DNA of 64,000 nucleotides from Catajapyx aquilonaris (Eukaryota). Below, piece after piece: positions 50,423 to 64,000 of the stretch. The stretch is taken from the NCBI GenBank assembly GCA_000934665.2, contig KZ538151.1, positions 1-64,000 on the forward strand, written 5' to 3'. Within the stretch, counting starts at the first letter, position 1, and each line of letters begins with the position of its first letter. Below the pieces are notes generated by a model. The model saw nothing but the letters and a program-made list of their open reading frames with translations. It did not search any database and had not been told where the DNA came from. The translations under genes and the position numbers were made by a program.

Positions 50423-53400
50423 ACAACCAATTCTACAATATTCCCTGCAATGTATTGTCAAATTAATATTACTCTTTGGAGCACATGTGAGTGCGGAATG
50501 TGGTTTGCGGGGGCGTTGGCCGCTCTTTACCAGACTTTACTTGGTGGGTGAGGGTTTTAGGGTGGGTGGGTTGGGTGGTCCTAACGCAGCAGGGGTGTCC
50601 ACATCGATCGGGACTTTGGAATCGGGAGGTGATACCATTCAGGCCAAACGCAGCTGGACAGGTGCTGGGGGTCCGCGGCTGCAGTTCAAATGACGCACGC
50701 CACACACGACCGGAATTGAAAAGAAACACTGAAATATTGAGGTTAGAATCAGGCGGCAGCGATTCGATTTTGCTCGCTTCTCTTACCCCTTGGGGGGGTG
50801 CAAAAACCTGCACCTTTTTTGGCACAATGAAAATGTCAGTTGGAATTGATATTCAGGCTGGACAGTCCCGATAAGGAAAAAAAAGGTTGGTCAGTTTTCA
50901 ACCGTATTTGGAACGTTCGAAGCGTCTTTTTTCTTTCTTTGTTTCGTAAAGAAAAGGGGCCTAATCTGGCCAAATATGGCGGAAGCAAATCGGCCTCTGG
51001 TAGACCCCTGATAACAAGGCCCCTTGCCCAATTTGGGCCTCTCCCTTGGGCCACTTCATCCTCCCTTCCTCCCCATCGACGCCTGCCCAATTACTGGATG
51101 CGAATTCAAGGCACGTGGATGACGCTCGCATACGAAGGAATCTGCTGGGTTGGAAGAGAGAGAGAGAAAAAAAATCGCTTTTTCGACTTTTGCACTGGTC
51201 TGCCTGCCCTAGGCTTGCGTGCAGGATGTGCATCACGCACAGCTTCTGGTGTGCTGGGGGGACTTCCCGCGGTCTTTTGGTCAGGCGCTGCGATTGACTT
51301 GGGTTGACTTCGTGACATAGGGGAAATGGGGAGAGGAATAGTCGAAGCTCGCAGCACGTGGTTTCAAGTGTAGGGGAACGAATCCTATACAAACTAACGC
51401 CATGATAAAAATCGCCTAAAATAAAAGATGCACGAAATAAAAATAACAGCTATGAAGACGACCATTAAAACTATTTAAAATAACCGCTATTTAAACGAAC
51501 GTTACAGCAATGACCAGTAGTATAAAATCGAGGTTCAAAAACTAGTGAAATCGCAGCTTCACTAACAGTTCAGTTCATTAGAACCGATTTTAAACAACAA
51601 TGTGAAATCAACACGATTAACCGCTTTTTTATATGAAATTCTGATGCCAGTACTTTCCGAAGATGAGTTAATTATGGGCAACAGTAATTATGAGGCGCCT
51701 TTTGTTGTCCTGTCTGTTCGATAGTGTTTCACTCGTATTCTCATCGAATTTTGCCGCTGGCTAATTAATTTTTCACGTTCGAAATCGCCTCTTTTTTTGT
51801 GTGGCGTTATTTGCGGGGTTGCCAGATTGCAGCTCGTTTTGTTGGAGCGGTCACTTAAACCTCAGAAACTACCAATCTCCGATCCATCCTATGGGGGGGG
51901 GGGGGGGGGGCNGGGGCTCAAATGGAAACCATGGAGTGGGCGGATTCTACACCACCAAAATCCGGCTTGGATTATGAGATTTAGTGTTGACCAATCGTGA
52001 GCTTTGACGAATACCAGCTCATTTGATGGATACATAAAACCACGCTTGGAAGTACCTGAAACGAAACCTGTGCGTTAAGGGCAGTTTCTTCATAAAACAT
52101 TCAGTGCCAAAAACAGTTCAGCAGTACAGTCTCATATTTTCCGACAATAATTGGGACCATAAATTGGCATGTGCGAGTGTTTGGCAAAAGTGCTTGGCAA
52201 ACATGCCCTGTATACGCCTAACAATATTGAATACAGGGCATGCCCCGTCAAGCTGCAAATATACTTTTATGCCTTTTACTCCACCAGTGTAGCCTACTCA
52301 ATGCTCACAAATCAGTAACTATTACTTCCATATATTTTCAGTCAGCTTAAAATCAGATTGTCGCGAATATAATTTTTTGCAATAATTCCCCAACTTGTAT
52401 AAATAATTGATGCCGTACAGCTTGACCTCAGCTTACAGTATTAATATTGCCAAAAAAATGGAATTACTTTATACTACTGTAGTAGTGGGATTAGGTGTTG
52501 TCAATACATATGCACGAGTACTTGAGTTAATATTAAATAATGTGTTAATAGTTTGTCACACCTTTAAGCAATTTTTCAAAAAATCGGGGCGTCCATTTGG
52601 CCAGTGTTGGAATGACATAAAACGAGGTTTTTACGACATGACGTCACACGGGTAATTGCACCCGTCGCGTCGCCCGGCTTTACCCTTTATCGTCAAACAG
52701 CATTTTAAACATTTTTTCGTCCCCAACCAACCACGTAAACAGGCTAATTCCACTACAAGGTGAAAATGGCTTTTTGGCGTAATTAGTGGCTATTTTTTTT
52801 TCTTTCTCTAGCTTACAGAGATAAGAAAATTTCTCGGGCCGGCGTGCGTGCGAGGACGTTATTAATCGCAATTTGTAACGGTTGTTACCTCACCGAGTTT
52901 CGTAATAAGGATTAGGCGATAACACGAAAAAATGTGTGTCTCATCGCTTTTTTGTGTGTATTCTCGCAGGCAACAAAAAGCGGGAAAATTCAACGCAGGC
53001 AGAAGCGGCATGTTTTGCAGCACGGCCCTAGAGAGTAGAATCTGTCTGGTCCAAAATGGTCACATTATTCTTTTTCTCCCGCGTGCAGACAGGCGTGAAA
53101 TCTACAAATCCTAGAGCGAGGAAAACAAAAAAAAGAAGAGCTAAACTCGACGCTTTCTCTCTCTCGCTCTCGCTGGGAAAAAGATACATAAAAAAGGCGG
53201 GGTTAAGGGTTCGCAACATTTGCCTTGTTTATGCGCAGTATAAGATTATGCGGAAAAAAAGGAGGGGTAGATTTGCAACAACTCGACGGCTCAGGGGCTA
53301 TCAATCTGCAAATTTTGTTCTTTCTGGGACTTTAAATATTATTTTTTTTTGCAAAAAAAAAAGAGTTCAAAATGTGAAGGGAGCCTGCATTACAGACCAT

Positions 53401-56400
53401 TGAATTCTTGCGTGCTGGTTGCAATAGTATATCCCTATTATGGCAATTCGAGGGAGTCACAGTGGGGTTGGAACCCGCGAATTCCATGGAGGAATTCCGG
53501 TAGAATTGCAACGCCGAATTGCAACGAGGGAAAAAAAATGCAATTTGGACTGTTTTTTTTCTGCGGGTTTTTTTTAAAGGTGAGATGTGCAGGGATTGGA
53601 AGTACTTAATTATGTGCTAATGATAGTGAAATGTTGCGAAATTTGTGAAATTTGGATGGAGTTAGTTTCAAGAGGTTTTAGTGGCGAGCCTGCATGATTC
53701 ATGTGACGTCTTTAGCGCCCATAGGAACAAAGTCACCTACTTTAGCACATCGATCTCTCCATGTTGCATGTCACATGCATTGCTGCTTAATTGCCAAGGG
53801 ATGTAGGTCAGGTTTTCGCACATCTTTATGATTTTTGATCATCTTTCTCTCTCTTTTTTATTATTATATCCCTTCACATCTGTCCGGGGCAGTATAATCC
53901 AGTGTATTGGTCCCCCGCACACTGATTGGTGATCATACATCGAGGGCTCCTCCCTTCCCTTTCTGTGAGCAGGAAATCTCGTTTGTATCCCCACAAAGTC
54001 TGATTGCATCACTGCCAAATCACGTTGCCACCAATTATTGCCATTTTTGCTCGCCTTGCCCTTCCCTTCGCGTGGAATTGAATTCGTAATTCGACGGCGA
54101 GGACTTGTCCGGATTAATTTGTGATCAATGTGGTCCCCTTCCCTTTTTACACTTTAATTCACTTCTTTTCTGAGTCCGGGGGGGAAAATATGCACAAAAT
54201 TTTTCCCGCATTTTTTTTGATAAAAAAAAGTCATTACGGATTCGCAAATCTGGCTTCCTGAGTCAGGAAATCTGCAATATTAACATAAGTGACCATTTTG
54301 CCGTTTGCATATTTTTTTCCCCCCCTTCCACTCTCTTGATGGCGACCCAGGTGACTGGCTCGCCATGAAAATGTCAGATTATCCGAATGGTTAAAGTGAG
54401 GTCGTGTCCACTTGGGGAGGGAGGCTTTAGTGTGAGCTTAAGCCCACCCCCGAAAAACGATTTTGCCCCGGAATTTCTGGAGGCACGAAAGCAACTCGCC
54501 GGAAACCATGCCCGGTATGCAGCTCGACCTATACGAAAAATAGTAATGAAGTGGCGGGTTTTGCACGATGGGCCACCATTTTTTTCACAATTGTTGCTGG
54601 TAATTTTGTTATTATTTTAAAACATTTTTCTGATCCGGTGGATTTTGCCGCAACCATCATTACTTTACCAGGTTTTTTTTCCATGCAGGAAGTAAATTAA
54701 AACCGATCTCACACATTGATAAACACATCCCGTCAATTGGAGGCAGCCCATCGCCTTTTGGGAATCTAGTGAAGTATGATGGTCCGTTTTGAAACCCCTC
54801 TTCCCCCCCCTAGCTAGCCTCACTTTCTCTTGAAAAGCAGATCGCATATATCATCCCCCAGCATGTATTCCGGTGCATCAAGCGCGATTTCCAAGGGGAT
54901 TGGGGGAACTGGATACGGAAGTCCACTTCTCAGAGCTCCTCTCCGGACAGTCCATAAATCTTGGGGACCCCGGTGCTCACTGCAAGTATTATGTAGCTTG
55001 GCTTGCACTTAGCCTAGAGCTGGAGCTGTGTGCTGGACTCAGGGGTCGATAAAACCACGGGGAAAATCACGGGGAAAAGAAGCAGCTGATACCCCAGGCT
55101 TGACTTGTGTCCTTCGCGGTTGCGATTACGCGCTCATTTAAGAGAGGCCTCCGCTTATTGTTCGAGCTACTTGCCCGAGTAAACAAGGGAACGTGTAAAG
55201 GTGGGCATAATGTGCTGCGAAGGGGAAGGTGGCGAAGAAGAAGAGGAAAAAATGAGATGAATAGAATATGCATTTTGAAGCTCATTATTTGGCAGCTGCG
55301 GAGTTTCTCATGGCTGGCGAAAATGCGTTTGACGGGGATGAAACGCATATCGACTCATTGTTTAGGAGAAGTGCATGGGAATGTTGCTGGTTACACTTCT
55401 CATATCTATTAAGATAGTAAGGCAAGGTGTTAGCTTTGTACTGTATGGCACTGCAATAATATTTGCTAATAACAAGCAGCCTATTATTACTTGTACAACA
55501 CTTTGTTGCGCTCTATCCTATATAATGTATGTGGCTGCTCCGCACTATTCGAACCATTATTTTTGTGTTGGCTGAGCAGTCCCCCCTAGAAGGGCGAAAG
55601 AAGTTCATTGGAATTTCGCGTGTGCTGATAAGAGGGCCCGAAGCCATGTAACGTTGATGTAGCCGACACAACCTTTTGCATTTTCCATCACCCCCTACCT
55701 CTCTCTATATAGACTTCCCCCCTCCCTCATACCTAAAAAAGCTGAGATTATGGAGAGATACTTTTATCACCAATACACCTCTGTGGAAGTGATTGGGGGA
55801 GGCCGCCAAATGATGTAGTCTGTGGGAAAAAGTATGGGAGGGGGGTAATTCAGGCAAGGCCATTATGCGACATTTATGAGGATCCCGACGTTCGTAAATT
55901 ACGAACTGGTATTGAAAGGTGCGGAGGAACCAGCCAAATTACAGCTCCTGCGGCGATGATGTCTGCTACACTTCATACGTGAATATGTGTCGACAACTCA
56001 GTTCTTTTTGGGTTCATATTTTTGGAGAAAAAAAGAGGGGGTGGGGATGAGGGGAAGGGTAAAAGAAAAAGTCAAGGCTGATTGGAATCTTTTCATGAAC
56101 TGTGGACGCCACACGCCATGTCGGATTCTACGAAAATATACTTTGGGGGTCGCTCTTTTAACGGTGTCGTACATGACGTCACCCCAAATGTCACTTGTCG
56201 GATTTTGTCCCTTGATAAAACCACCCCGCTGTTTGACGACTTTTTCTTAAAGACCTAGCTGGTCTATGATGAAAGCAAACATTTGCAGAGAGAATGTGTG
56301 TAAAATAATTTAGCAATCAGTGTTAAGGAGTTTTAAAATGTGTTTGATAGGATAAACAGCTTCTCTATTGGATTTAGGTGGCGTATATAAAAGTGAACGC

Positions 56401-57546
56401 AAGAATAAAGAGGAATGTCATATGTATAAGTAAACAGTATTCGTTGTATCCGATTACACGGAACAGTTTCTGCATACGAGAGAAGCAAAAAGCAACACAA
56501 AAGGACAATAATCGGATTAGATCGCAGCAGTCGAGCAAGCACCACGTTTAAGCCCCCTTTAAAAAAAGAGATCATATTAGTAAACGTATTTTTTGCCAAT
56601 AGTTTTGTTTGACATAAGCGTAGTTAAATGACTTGCCGAAAATTCCTCCCAAAAATAATCCAGCCAGCAACGTTCGCAACGTGCAAATTTCATTGAATGC
56701 TCCAATTTTGCACTCATTAAACTGTGTGATCAAATTAAAGGCAACAATCGACTGGAAAAAAAAACCCTCTCTCTACATGAAGCTTCTGTGAACAGAAGGT
56801 ACAGAAGATAACGGTAGAAAAATCGATAGGACCAACCCCCCTCCCCCCTCCTCTAACGGGCTTACAAATACCAAGAATGATCGATCGGGTCCCAACATAG
56901 CGCAGTCCCGGAACGTTGGGTTAAAATTCACATACAGCAGTACCGTATTTATTGTACCCACTATGTGTTTGGACTCACACGAACGACCATAAAACGTGAT
57001 GGGACACAAACCATAGCGGCAAACCTCACCCCTCCCCTTCCAGTCCCCCTCCTCTCTTTTCAGAATCCGGGTTGGTTTTTCCGGATCCGTCGAATCCGAA
57101 AAACTGACCAATGAGCAACCGGGTTACTGGACGTCACATCCGATTCATTAGCAGGTCCGGCGTCGCATATTAGTGACGCCATCTCGCTCCGGGTGGGGGG
57201 GAAAATCCGGGGGAATAAAATGACAGTCTCCGGGCAAATTGTCGAGGCTGAATGGATATGAACATTATAACCCCCCCTTCCCCCCGTCTCTTTTTGTGCA
57301 TTCGGCGGGGCTTGAACCTCAGGCCCTTTTTGCTACTATTTTTTTGGAGGGGTATAGTTTTGTACTTGGGGGCATCTCATTTTAAGCGTGTTGAACAGCC
57401 GCAAAAGGTGTGTTTTTGATGTGCAATGTAGGTGTTTAATGAAACTGTTTGTTATGCTGATGGTAATCCGTATTTTTTTGGATCAAATATTTAATTATCT
57501 GGTCATGAACTGTGTAAAGCCAGGCACTTTTGGCAATATTTGAGTA

Positions 57547-57930
57547 GGTCGCATTATCAAAACCAGGCTATCTCATGTTGTCAAAAGTGTGTTATAAAAC
57601 TTAATAATTTTATGAGCGCAACCGAACGCGCAACATAGTTCGCGCAAATTGTTTCCAACACTAAGCTTTGAAGAGACAACAATATGGCCGACTTTTGTAA
57701 TGTTGTCAAGGCTCTAGAACGAACCTTAGAGGCGCCTGCGAAGCAACGTTGCTGTCAGAACAATGAACTTGCGCAAGTGTGTGTGCGCACTCGGTTGCTC
57801 TCGAGTTAAAAAATAATAATCATATTTCCATTGTACAGAACATTGTCACATTTGGTCACATTGGCCGTGAAAAGACTCGATAAATTCATGAATCCTTCTA
57901 CCTGAAGCAGATAGCCTGGTTTTGATGACC
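57547..57930. mobile_element. ~384-bp MITE with TA-flanked TIRs and internal inverted repeats
   Basis: TA|GGTC(gcatt)ATCAAAACCAGGCTATCT ... AGATAGCCTGGTTTTGATGACC|TA. Inner inverted pair GAGCGCAACCGAACGCGCA / TGCGCACTCGGTTGCTCTC. Confidence 0.75.
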
Positions 57931-60900
57931 TACTAATTTTCTTCCATGTTGACAAACTCACATGTGGAAAGCTGAATCGCATAAACAGATGAGATACACC
58001 TTCTTCTGGTTCTGTAAGATGAGACGAGGCAGTGGGTTCTCTCTATCCCTGCGTAGCACTTAGCGATCAAATACCTTCCTAATCCCTAGGCCGTGGCGTA
58101 TATAGAGCTCGGGCTGCAATTATTACCGGCATGTAGAGAAGGCAGCAGTGGACAAAGTCGGTCGTAAGAGGATTCCCGCGAATCGCCTTAATGAGATTCG
58201 TGCGAACTGCACAGCGCTTGGGAAGGAAAAGGGGGGGATGGAGGAGCGGGGAGAGAGAAAAGGAGAGAGGGGGTAGAGGGGGGGCTAAGCCCGGAAACCT
58301 TAATTGAAATGCAGTTCCTCATCAAAGTGCAGCGTCAGAGTTTGTTTCACTTTGCTCCCAACGGGGATGAAAGACAAAAGAGGGGCCTAGGTTGGAATTT
58401 TGGGAGGGGGGGGAACAAGGAGGCAGGTACTGCGGGGAGGGTGTTCGAATTATCTGCTACATGCGCCTCTAGGGAATTGGGGAGGGTTTTGTAACCCGTT
58501 TTGGACCCAGGGAGGATCCTAGGCTGGAAGGCGGATGCCTTCGCTCCCAGTCCCCCGCCTTCTATTCAAGGACCTGCCTTAGCTTCGAATTTCCCGCACA
58601 TTTGGCGCCGTTAAATGGGGGGGTCCGGATTGCGTTCATTCCGGACCTCTAAAAGCGGAGGGACGACAGCCCTCAGTTTCACACCCAGGCTTTTCCTTCA
58701 AGGGTAAAACATGAGCTATTAATCTTGCGGGTATGACCGGATCTAATTAGTCTCACGCATTTACAACGATGCTTTGCTGCATACCCCGCCATTCCAGCCC
58801 ACAGGGTGGCTCCGGAGAGTGGCAAATTTTGTATGTGGAGGGTGGGATGGGGACTTGGTTATGAAAATAAATAATTGATGATCGGAAAGAGGGTGCGACC
58901 CTCCACTTCGGCTGTGTTTTCGATGTACATGTACTTTTTTATGGCGAGCAGAGTGGAACGTGCTCGTTTACCCCACTTGGTTTACCCGGTTGGACTACGA
59001 GCCTTTCAACTGATTTGTGGCTCGTCTGCTGGAGTAAATATGTAAATGATTGTTATTATGACCAGTGCTTTAAAGCTCTGGCCTGTGATATGAAAATTCT
59101 CATACAAAGTGCCTGTTACAGTGAGCATTTTTTGTACACTTTCTCGTAGGGACTGCTACAAATATAAGCCTTTGATGATACTGAATTTGCAATGACATCC
59201 ATGGACGTTGAGTTATACTGCTGCGTCAGCTCTCTCATTAAGGCGCTTTTTTTAAAAGAAAAAAAAATGGTAGGGGTGGTCTGGATCCAATATGTGCAGT
59301 TCAATTAGGATCCAGAGATTCCCTCACGACCTTTGGGGTATCCAACGTGGATAGGTATTGGAGGAAAAGGCCTTCTCCCTTGATTAAAACCGGTGCCCCA
59401 TATTGTCCTGGACGTGCTTGGCGATTTGTTGGACGAACAAAAATGCCATTTGTAGTTGGATTGGAATCAGCCGACGTTCCCTCCCCTCCCTCTCCACCGT
59501 CACCCCCATCCCTCCGCATTCATCGGGATCAATGCCCTTCACCCCCAGTCGACGTTTTCCAAAACAGGGGGCCTTGATTGCGGTCCGTCACATGCTTTGA
59601 CTGCTAAGAAGATCACCCGTTATCGCAACCTGAACACTCACAAGCGGCATGCAAATTTTTGGCCAATTCAAGTTGTTTCACATTGTGCTATTTTGACGAT
59701 GACATTGATACAAAATCGTGCTTCAACGAACAGAAGACACGATATGATTCATTTATTTAAAAAAAAAACATACGAAGGAAAATGCCTTCCACTAGTGACT
59801 CCTACGTTGAAGGAAGCGTCTGAGAATTCCCGAAAAATCATCGCTCATATTTGCATACCGCTATTTTTGCATGCATTGCGACAAGCTCAAAACTGGGTTT
59901 CTTTGCCTGGCCTGGCACATAAAGGACTATGTTGGGTCAGTTCAGGTTATATCAGAACTATTGCGCCTCCAACCTTCCCTTTTACGACACCTTCCAATAT
60001 TATCCAGGTGCAATATCTTGGACTGGTCACAAGAGTTGCTTGCAGATGAGATTTTCGGTTGTATACCAACAAATATGGCGCCCGGGCCTTGATAACCTGG
60101 AGGCGGAACTACGTCTTGAGAGTTTAGGGAGGGAGAGAGAAGGGGGGGAGAAGCAAAGGCTATTCAAGGGAGTCGCATTCGGACCGGAGCACACAATATC
60201 TTGAATGTCTTATTGAAGCTTCCCCCTCCCTCCCTCTTCCTTTTTGACGAGGGCGCCTGGGGCGTGCATGATGACGAGTCTCGTATATCGGGACGATTTT
60301 CTGGACAAAGATACCAATGGAGGAAGGGGCTTCTCTTCTACTGAGGGGAGGAGGGCCTGTTCCACTTATTTTTTGGGGGGAGGGAGGATGGGAGATAACG
60401 AGGGGAGATAACGCACAAGTCAAACCCTGGGCCTGGATGAAAAGGATGGGGCGCGTAGATATGGAGGACGGACGCGGAGCAGGGTGGCCAGATTGAAGGC
60501 GAAGCGTGGGTGACGCCACGCAGCCAAGGTGGCCAGAGTGGCTATTTCCCGCGCCAGACGCCTCGGCGCGGGAGTGATATTGTCATGAATTATTCAGGAA
60601 ATCCCAACCTCCTCTCTCTCTCTCCTCCTCCTACGTCGAAGGCAAATATTTGAACGGGGCCCTGGCCGTGTAAGTCGGCAGATAAACCCACTCGATCATA
60701 CAATGGCTGGCAAATAAAATACAAAACCCGGAGGAGGGAAGCCTTTCGGACAAGGCTGGCCCATTTCCAAGGCGATCGTCTTCCCCGCCAGCGGAGGAAA
60801 CCAAAGTTGACTCTACACAAGGACCATAATAAGTAGGTGGATACCTTCCGGGCACAATGATACCGACAGCAGGTAGTGAGAAACAAATCTGCAAACGGAA

Positions 60901-63900
60901 CGAAGTGTAATTACATTTACACAAGGAAGCCGTCTAGATATATGTATTAGGAGACTGCACCATTGCTATTCAGTAATCCGAATCAGTTAATGACATAGTT
61001 CACTGTATACAGTTGAAGTCTTCTTGAGAAAATTTGCGGATGTACTGTAGGAATTCTTAGCAAACGTCAGTAATGAAGTTCTGTGCAATAACAGTAGTTT
61101 GCTTATGTAAACACTGTACTAAAAATTTGCACTTTCTGACTCCACAAGTGTAAAGTCAAAAAATTAAGTTTAATTCATATCCATACTGCAAACTCTCAAG
61201 CCGCCTATATTGAACTAATTGCTTCTACCCAACTGTATCTGTAAGCAAAATACTTGGTCTCAAAGGGTTGTCACATCCTTATAATTTGAACCCCCAACAA
61301 GAAGCGTGGGTGTGTTTTTTTAAATATTCTTGATTTAATTCCCGCCCTTCCTCTCTCTCTCTCTCTGCGGGACTTAATTGGGATTCACAACCCCTTCGAT
61401 TTGATGTGTAGCTCTTCCCATTTCATTTGGTCTTCCGTGGAGCGAATAGAAGGAAAGGGACCCCCGAGAGAGAGAGAGAGCGTGGAGGGCCAGGGAAAAA
61501 CGCCTCATGAATGCTGATGTAATTTCCCGCCCAAAGCCCCACTGTTTGACAAGAACTGAAATTATGAGCAAACACGGAAAAAGAATTAATTAATTAATTG
61601 CCACAGCATATTTCTGGATGTTGACGCAACGGAGGGTTGGGACGCTTTTAATCAACAAAAAAATTACTTCCAAGAGACGGGAGTGGAGGGAGAAAAAGAT
61701 TGAGGAATTTCAGCGGAATCAACTTGATTACTCGGAATCGTTTTGGAAATTCGATGCGAGAAGACTTGGTTTCCGACATCAGACGTGTTCCAGAATACAA
61801 GAAACTTGCACACTTTTTTTGCCCCTTCCTTCCACTTCTTCTTCAGCTGGAAACAAAAGGGGGAAGAGGTTCTGAGTGAATGGAAATTGCACTTTTTTGG
61901 TCTGGAGGCTTCAATATCACTTGCTTATCAGTCGGGAATGTTAGAACTGGCAAGGAGGGAAGGGAAGAGAGGCTTAATAAAGACGAGAAAGGAACGCCCC
62001 AAATGAACTTTCATTTCCGGAACCTCTCTGAAATGGAGTACTTGGGAGCGAGCATAAGCAGGCTATCGATAGCAATGGAGCCTTCTTATCACTTGGGGCT
62101 ATTTCCCTCCCTAAAGGAATGAGACTCAGATCCAATCGTTGGTCATCACCCCGTTTTTCGTTTTCTCAACTTGAATTGCATAACACTACGACTTTAGGCC
62201 TACTGCGACTATAGCGATAGCAGCAAGCTATCAGCTCCGACTTTGCTACAACCCTTTCCCTTAATCTTCCCCAAGATGCTCGACTCCCAGGCTCAATCTA
62301 TTCCTTTACCACCACTAACTCGAGCCAGTTTGAAGTTTGGAGGGATGAAACAGAGTAGTTGAAGGTGTGCCGGAATGCTTTAGAAACTTGGGCCAAATTT
62401 CTCCATAACAAGCCTTGGCGATTACCTTCACCAGAAGCCTCCAGCCTTTAGCATTTGCCTTTCTGGTATGGGGAGGAGGGAGAAAGAAGAGTCCGAGGAG
62501 GATCCAATTGCGTTGCTTGGCGGTAAAGGAAAATCTTCTCATTGGTCGTCTCCCAACCGGAGATGAGGAAAGAAATTAAAGGCAGGAAATTGGATTCGGA
62601 AAGTTCAACGCCAGCTTCTCCCAGATAAGGCTCAGCACTCCCCCGATGTAAAGCTCTGGAAGAAGAAAGCTTTGAGGGAAGGGAGGGAGGGAGGGAGGGG
62701 AGACGAAGTGGGAGGGTGCTTCTAGGCATCACAAGTTCCAGACAAAATAGGCAAGTTGCGCACTATTTTGACTCTCCCCAAGTCCTACCAACCAAACAAA
62801 AAAATGCGTGTTGACTCAACTCTCTAAAGTGTGTTGCCCTGTAAAGTGTTTTATTGATTCAGCCGAGCGTGATACTGACGGCAACTTCATCCTGACTTTC
62901 CAATAATCTAAAGCGAGCTGGGAAGCTGCTGGAGTGATTTTTTTTCTTTACTTCTTCTTCTTCTTCCCTGCCAGCTTTTTCCTATGGCCTGACCGACGTT
63001 CCTCTCTTCCAGCCCGCCTCCCAATTTACTTCCTCAGGAAATAAAGTGGAGCGTGTTAAAAGCTTCTCTTAAGGAGACACGCCGGAATTTTAAGTCAGGT
63101 TTTGTCTGAGGGTGAACGGAAGTTGCCATGTTTGGCAGGTGTAATCCGTAACTTATTTTTTTGGAGGTGGGCTGGGTGCTAACGATATTTAGTTCCGTTA
63201 CAGCAATACGCTAATGGACTGTGCCTTGTCCCGTGCACAGGGCTTTGTGTCCCGAAATGGGGTCTTACATTGTTTATTCTGGGGCTTAGCCCTAGAAACT
63301 AGAGTGAATGGCCATAGAGGCAGTTTGATGTTTGGACCGGCAAGGGATTTTTCGCCAGGGGAAAAAAAGTGCGGGTTTGGTGAAGCTAAAACTGCATGCC
63401 AATGGAAGTTAGCTTATCTGCTCAAATAAATTTACAGGTCTATTTATAACTACTGAAATATCAAGATTTTTTTGTGACATAACCAGTTATCCACAGTCAC
63501 GAAATCGGGGATGAAAAATGGGCGGGTTAAATTTAGAGTTGTCAAGTTGGCATTTGTCACTCTATCTCCTTTCCTCCATTTCCGTTCCCTTTTCCCTGAT
63601 CCGGGGTTCGAGTCCCTTTGAACTCTGATTTAATGCCTGGAAAACTCAGCACATCAAAGTAAATGCGTGTGCGTGTCGCGCCCAGGTTTGTCCATAACCG
63701 TGTGGAAAACCGGATTGAAACATTAGAAAATAATATGCAGGGTGGTCCAGCTATATGTTTCACAATGCATTTTGTGTGCGTGCCGAAATTGAAATCCGGC
63801 AATTCCAACACTTTGTGTCTCCGAAAATCTTGATGGATGCAGACTTTGGTGGTGGAGAAAAAAGAAGACATTTCTAGTCCAAACACAAGCGACGGTGATG

Positions 63901-64000
63901 AGTCCAGACATATCGTTATCCTCTCTCCCTCCCCATCCCCTTCCCCAGTTTCCACCAGTGGCCTCATTTGCATAGCCAAATCATTTATCCGGTAGACGCC

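Larger units (their letters stand above)
38676..64000 (+). other. Putative large intron downstream of the teneurin exon
   Basis: The next expected teneurin motif (PP.VPPRNP, from memory) is not evident in the ORF track downstream. Teneurin genes typically have very large 5' introns. Confidence 0.6.

Noticed and set aside
58622..58647. Hairpin GGTCCGGA...TCCGGACC as a Helitron 3' end or terminator
   Set aside because: No CTAG-type end or U-tract downstream; short stems like this are expected by chance in 64 kb.
59456..60049. Longest ORF in the track (197 aa)
   Set aside because: No recognisable domain, non-ATG start, crosses a poly-A run and low-complexity sequence, no convincing splice boundaries.
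63598..63620. Pol III B-box GGTTCGAGTCC (also GGTTCGACCCC at 4532-4542) suggesting a tRNA or SINE
   Set aside because: No A-box at a suitable distance and no cloverleaf; at most an isolated motif or a heavily decayed SINE.
1..64000. The many other 60-155 aa ORFs
   Set aside because: Overlapping on both strands, dominated by homopolymer-derived Phe/Lys/Gly/Pro runs, with no transposase, RT or cellular protein motifs I recognise; consistent with chance ORFs.

Overview
Eukaryotic, probably arthropod, draft-assembly DNA. It is not prokaryotic: there are no operons, CRISPR arrays or RNA genes. The only coding feature I can support is one 375-bp, phase 1-1 internal exon (38301-38675, +). Its peptide matches, from memory, the N-terminal intracellular domain of arthropod teneurin-a (Ten-a). 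The rest appears to be very large flanking introns. These contain small non-autonomous DNA-transposon derivatives (Tc1/mariner- and pogo-type MITEs, foldback palindromes), a probable LINE 3' end, several minisatellites, an old local tandem duplication just upstream of the exon, and many poly-G/poly-C runs at or near the N gaps. The most unusual local structures are a 25-bp tandem array built from a MITE terminus plus its TA target site, a CCAAT/CRE-bearing 35-bp tandem repeat, a 20-bp minisatellite of splice-donor-like motifs right behind the true donor, and a 230-bp foldback. I see no convincing evidence of a new multi-gene biological system, and the remaining ORF track looks spurious.
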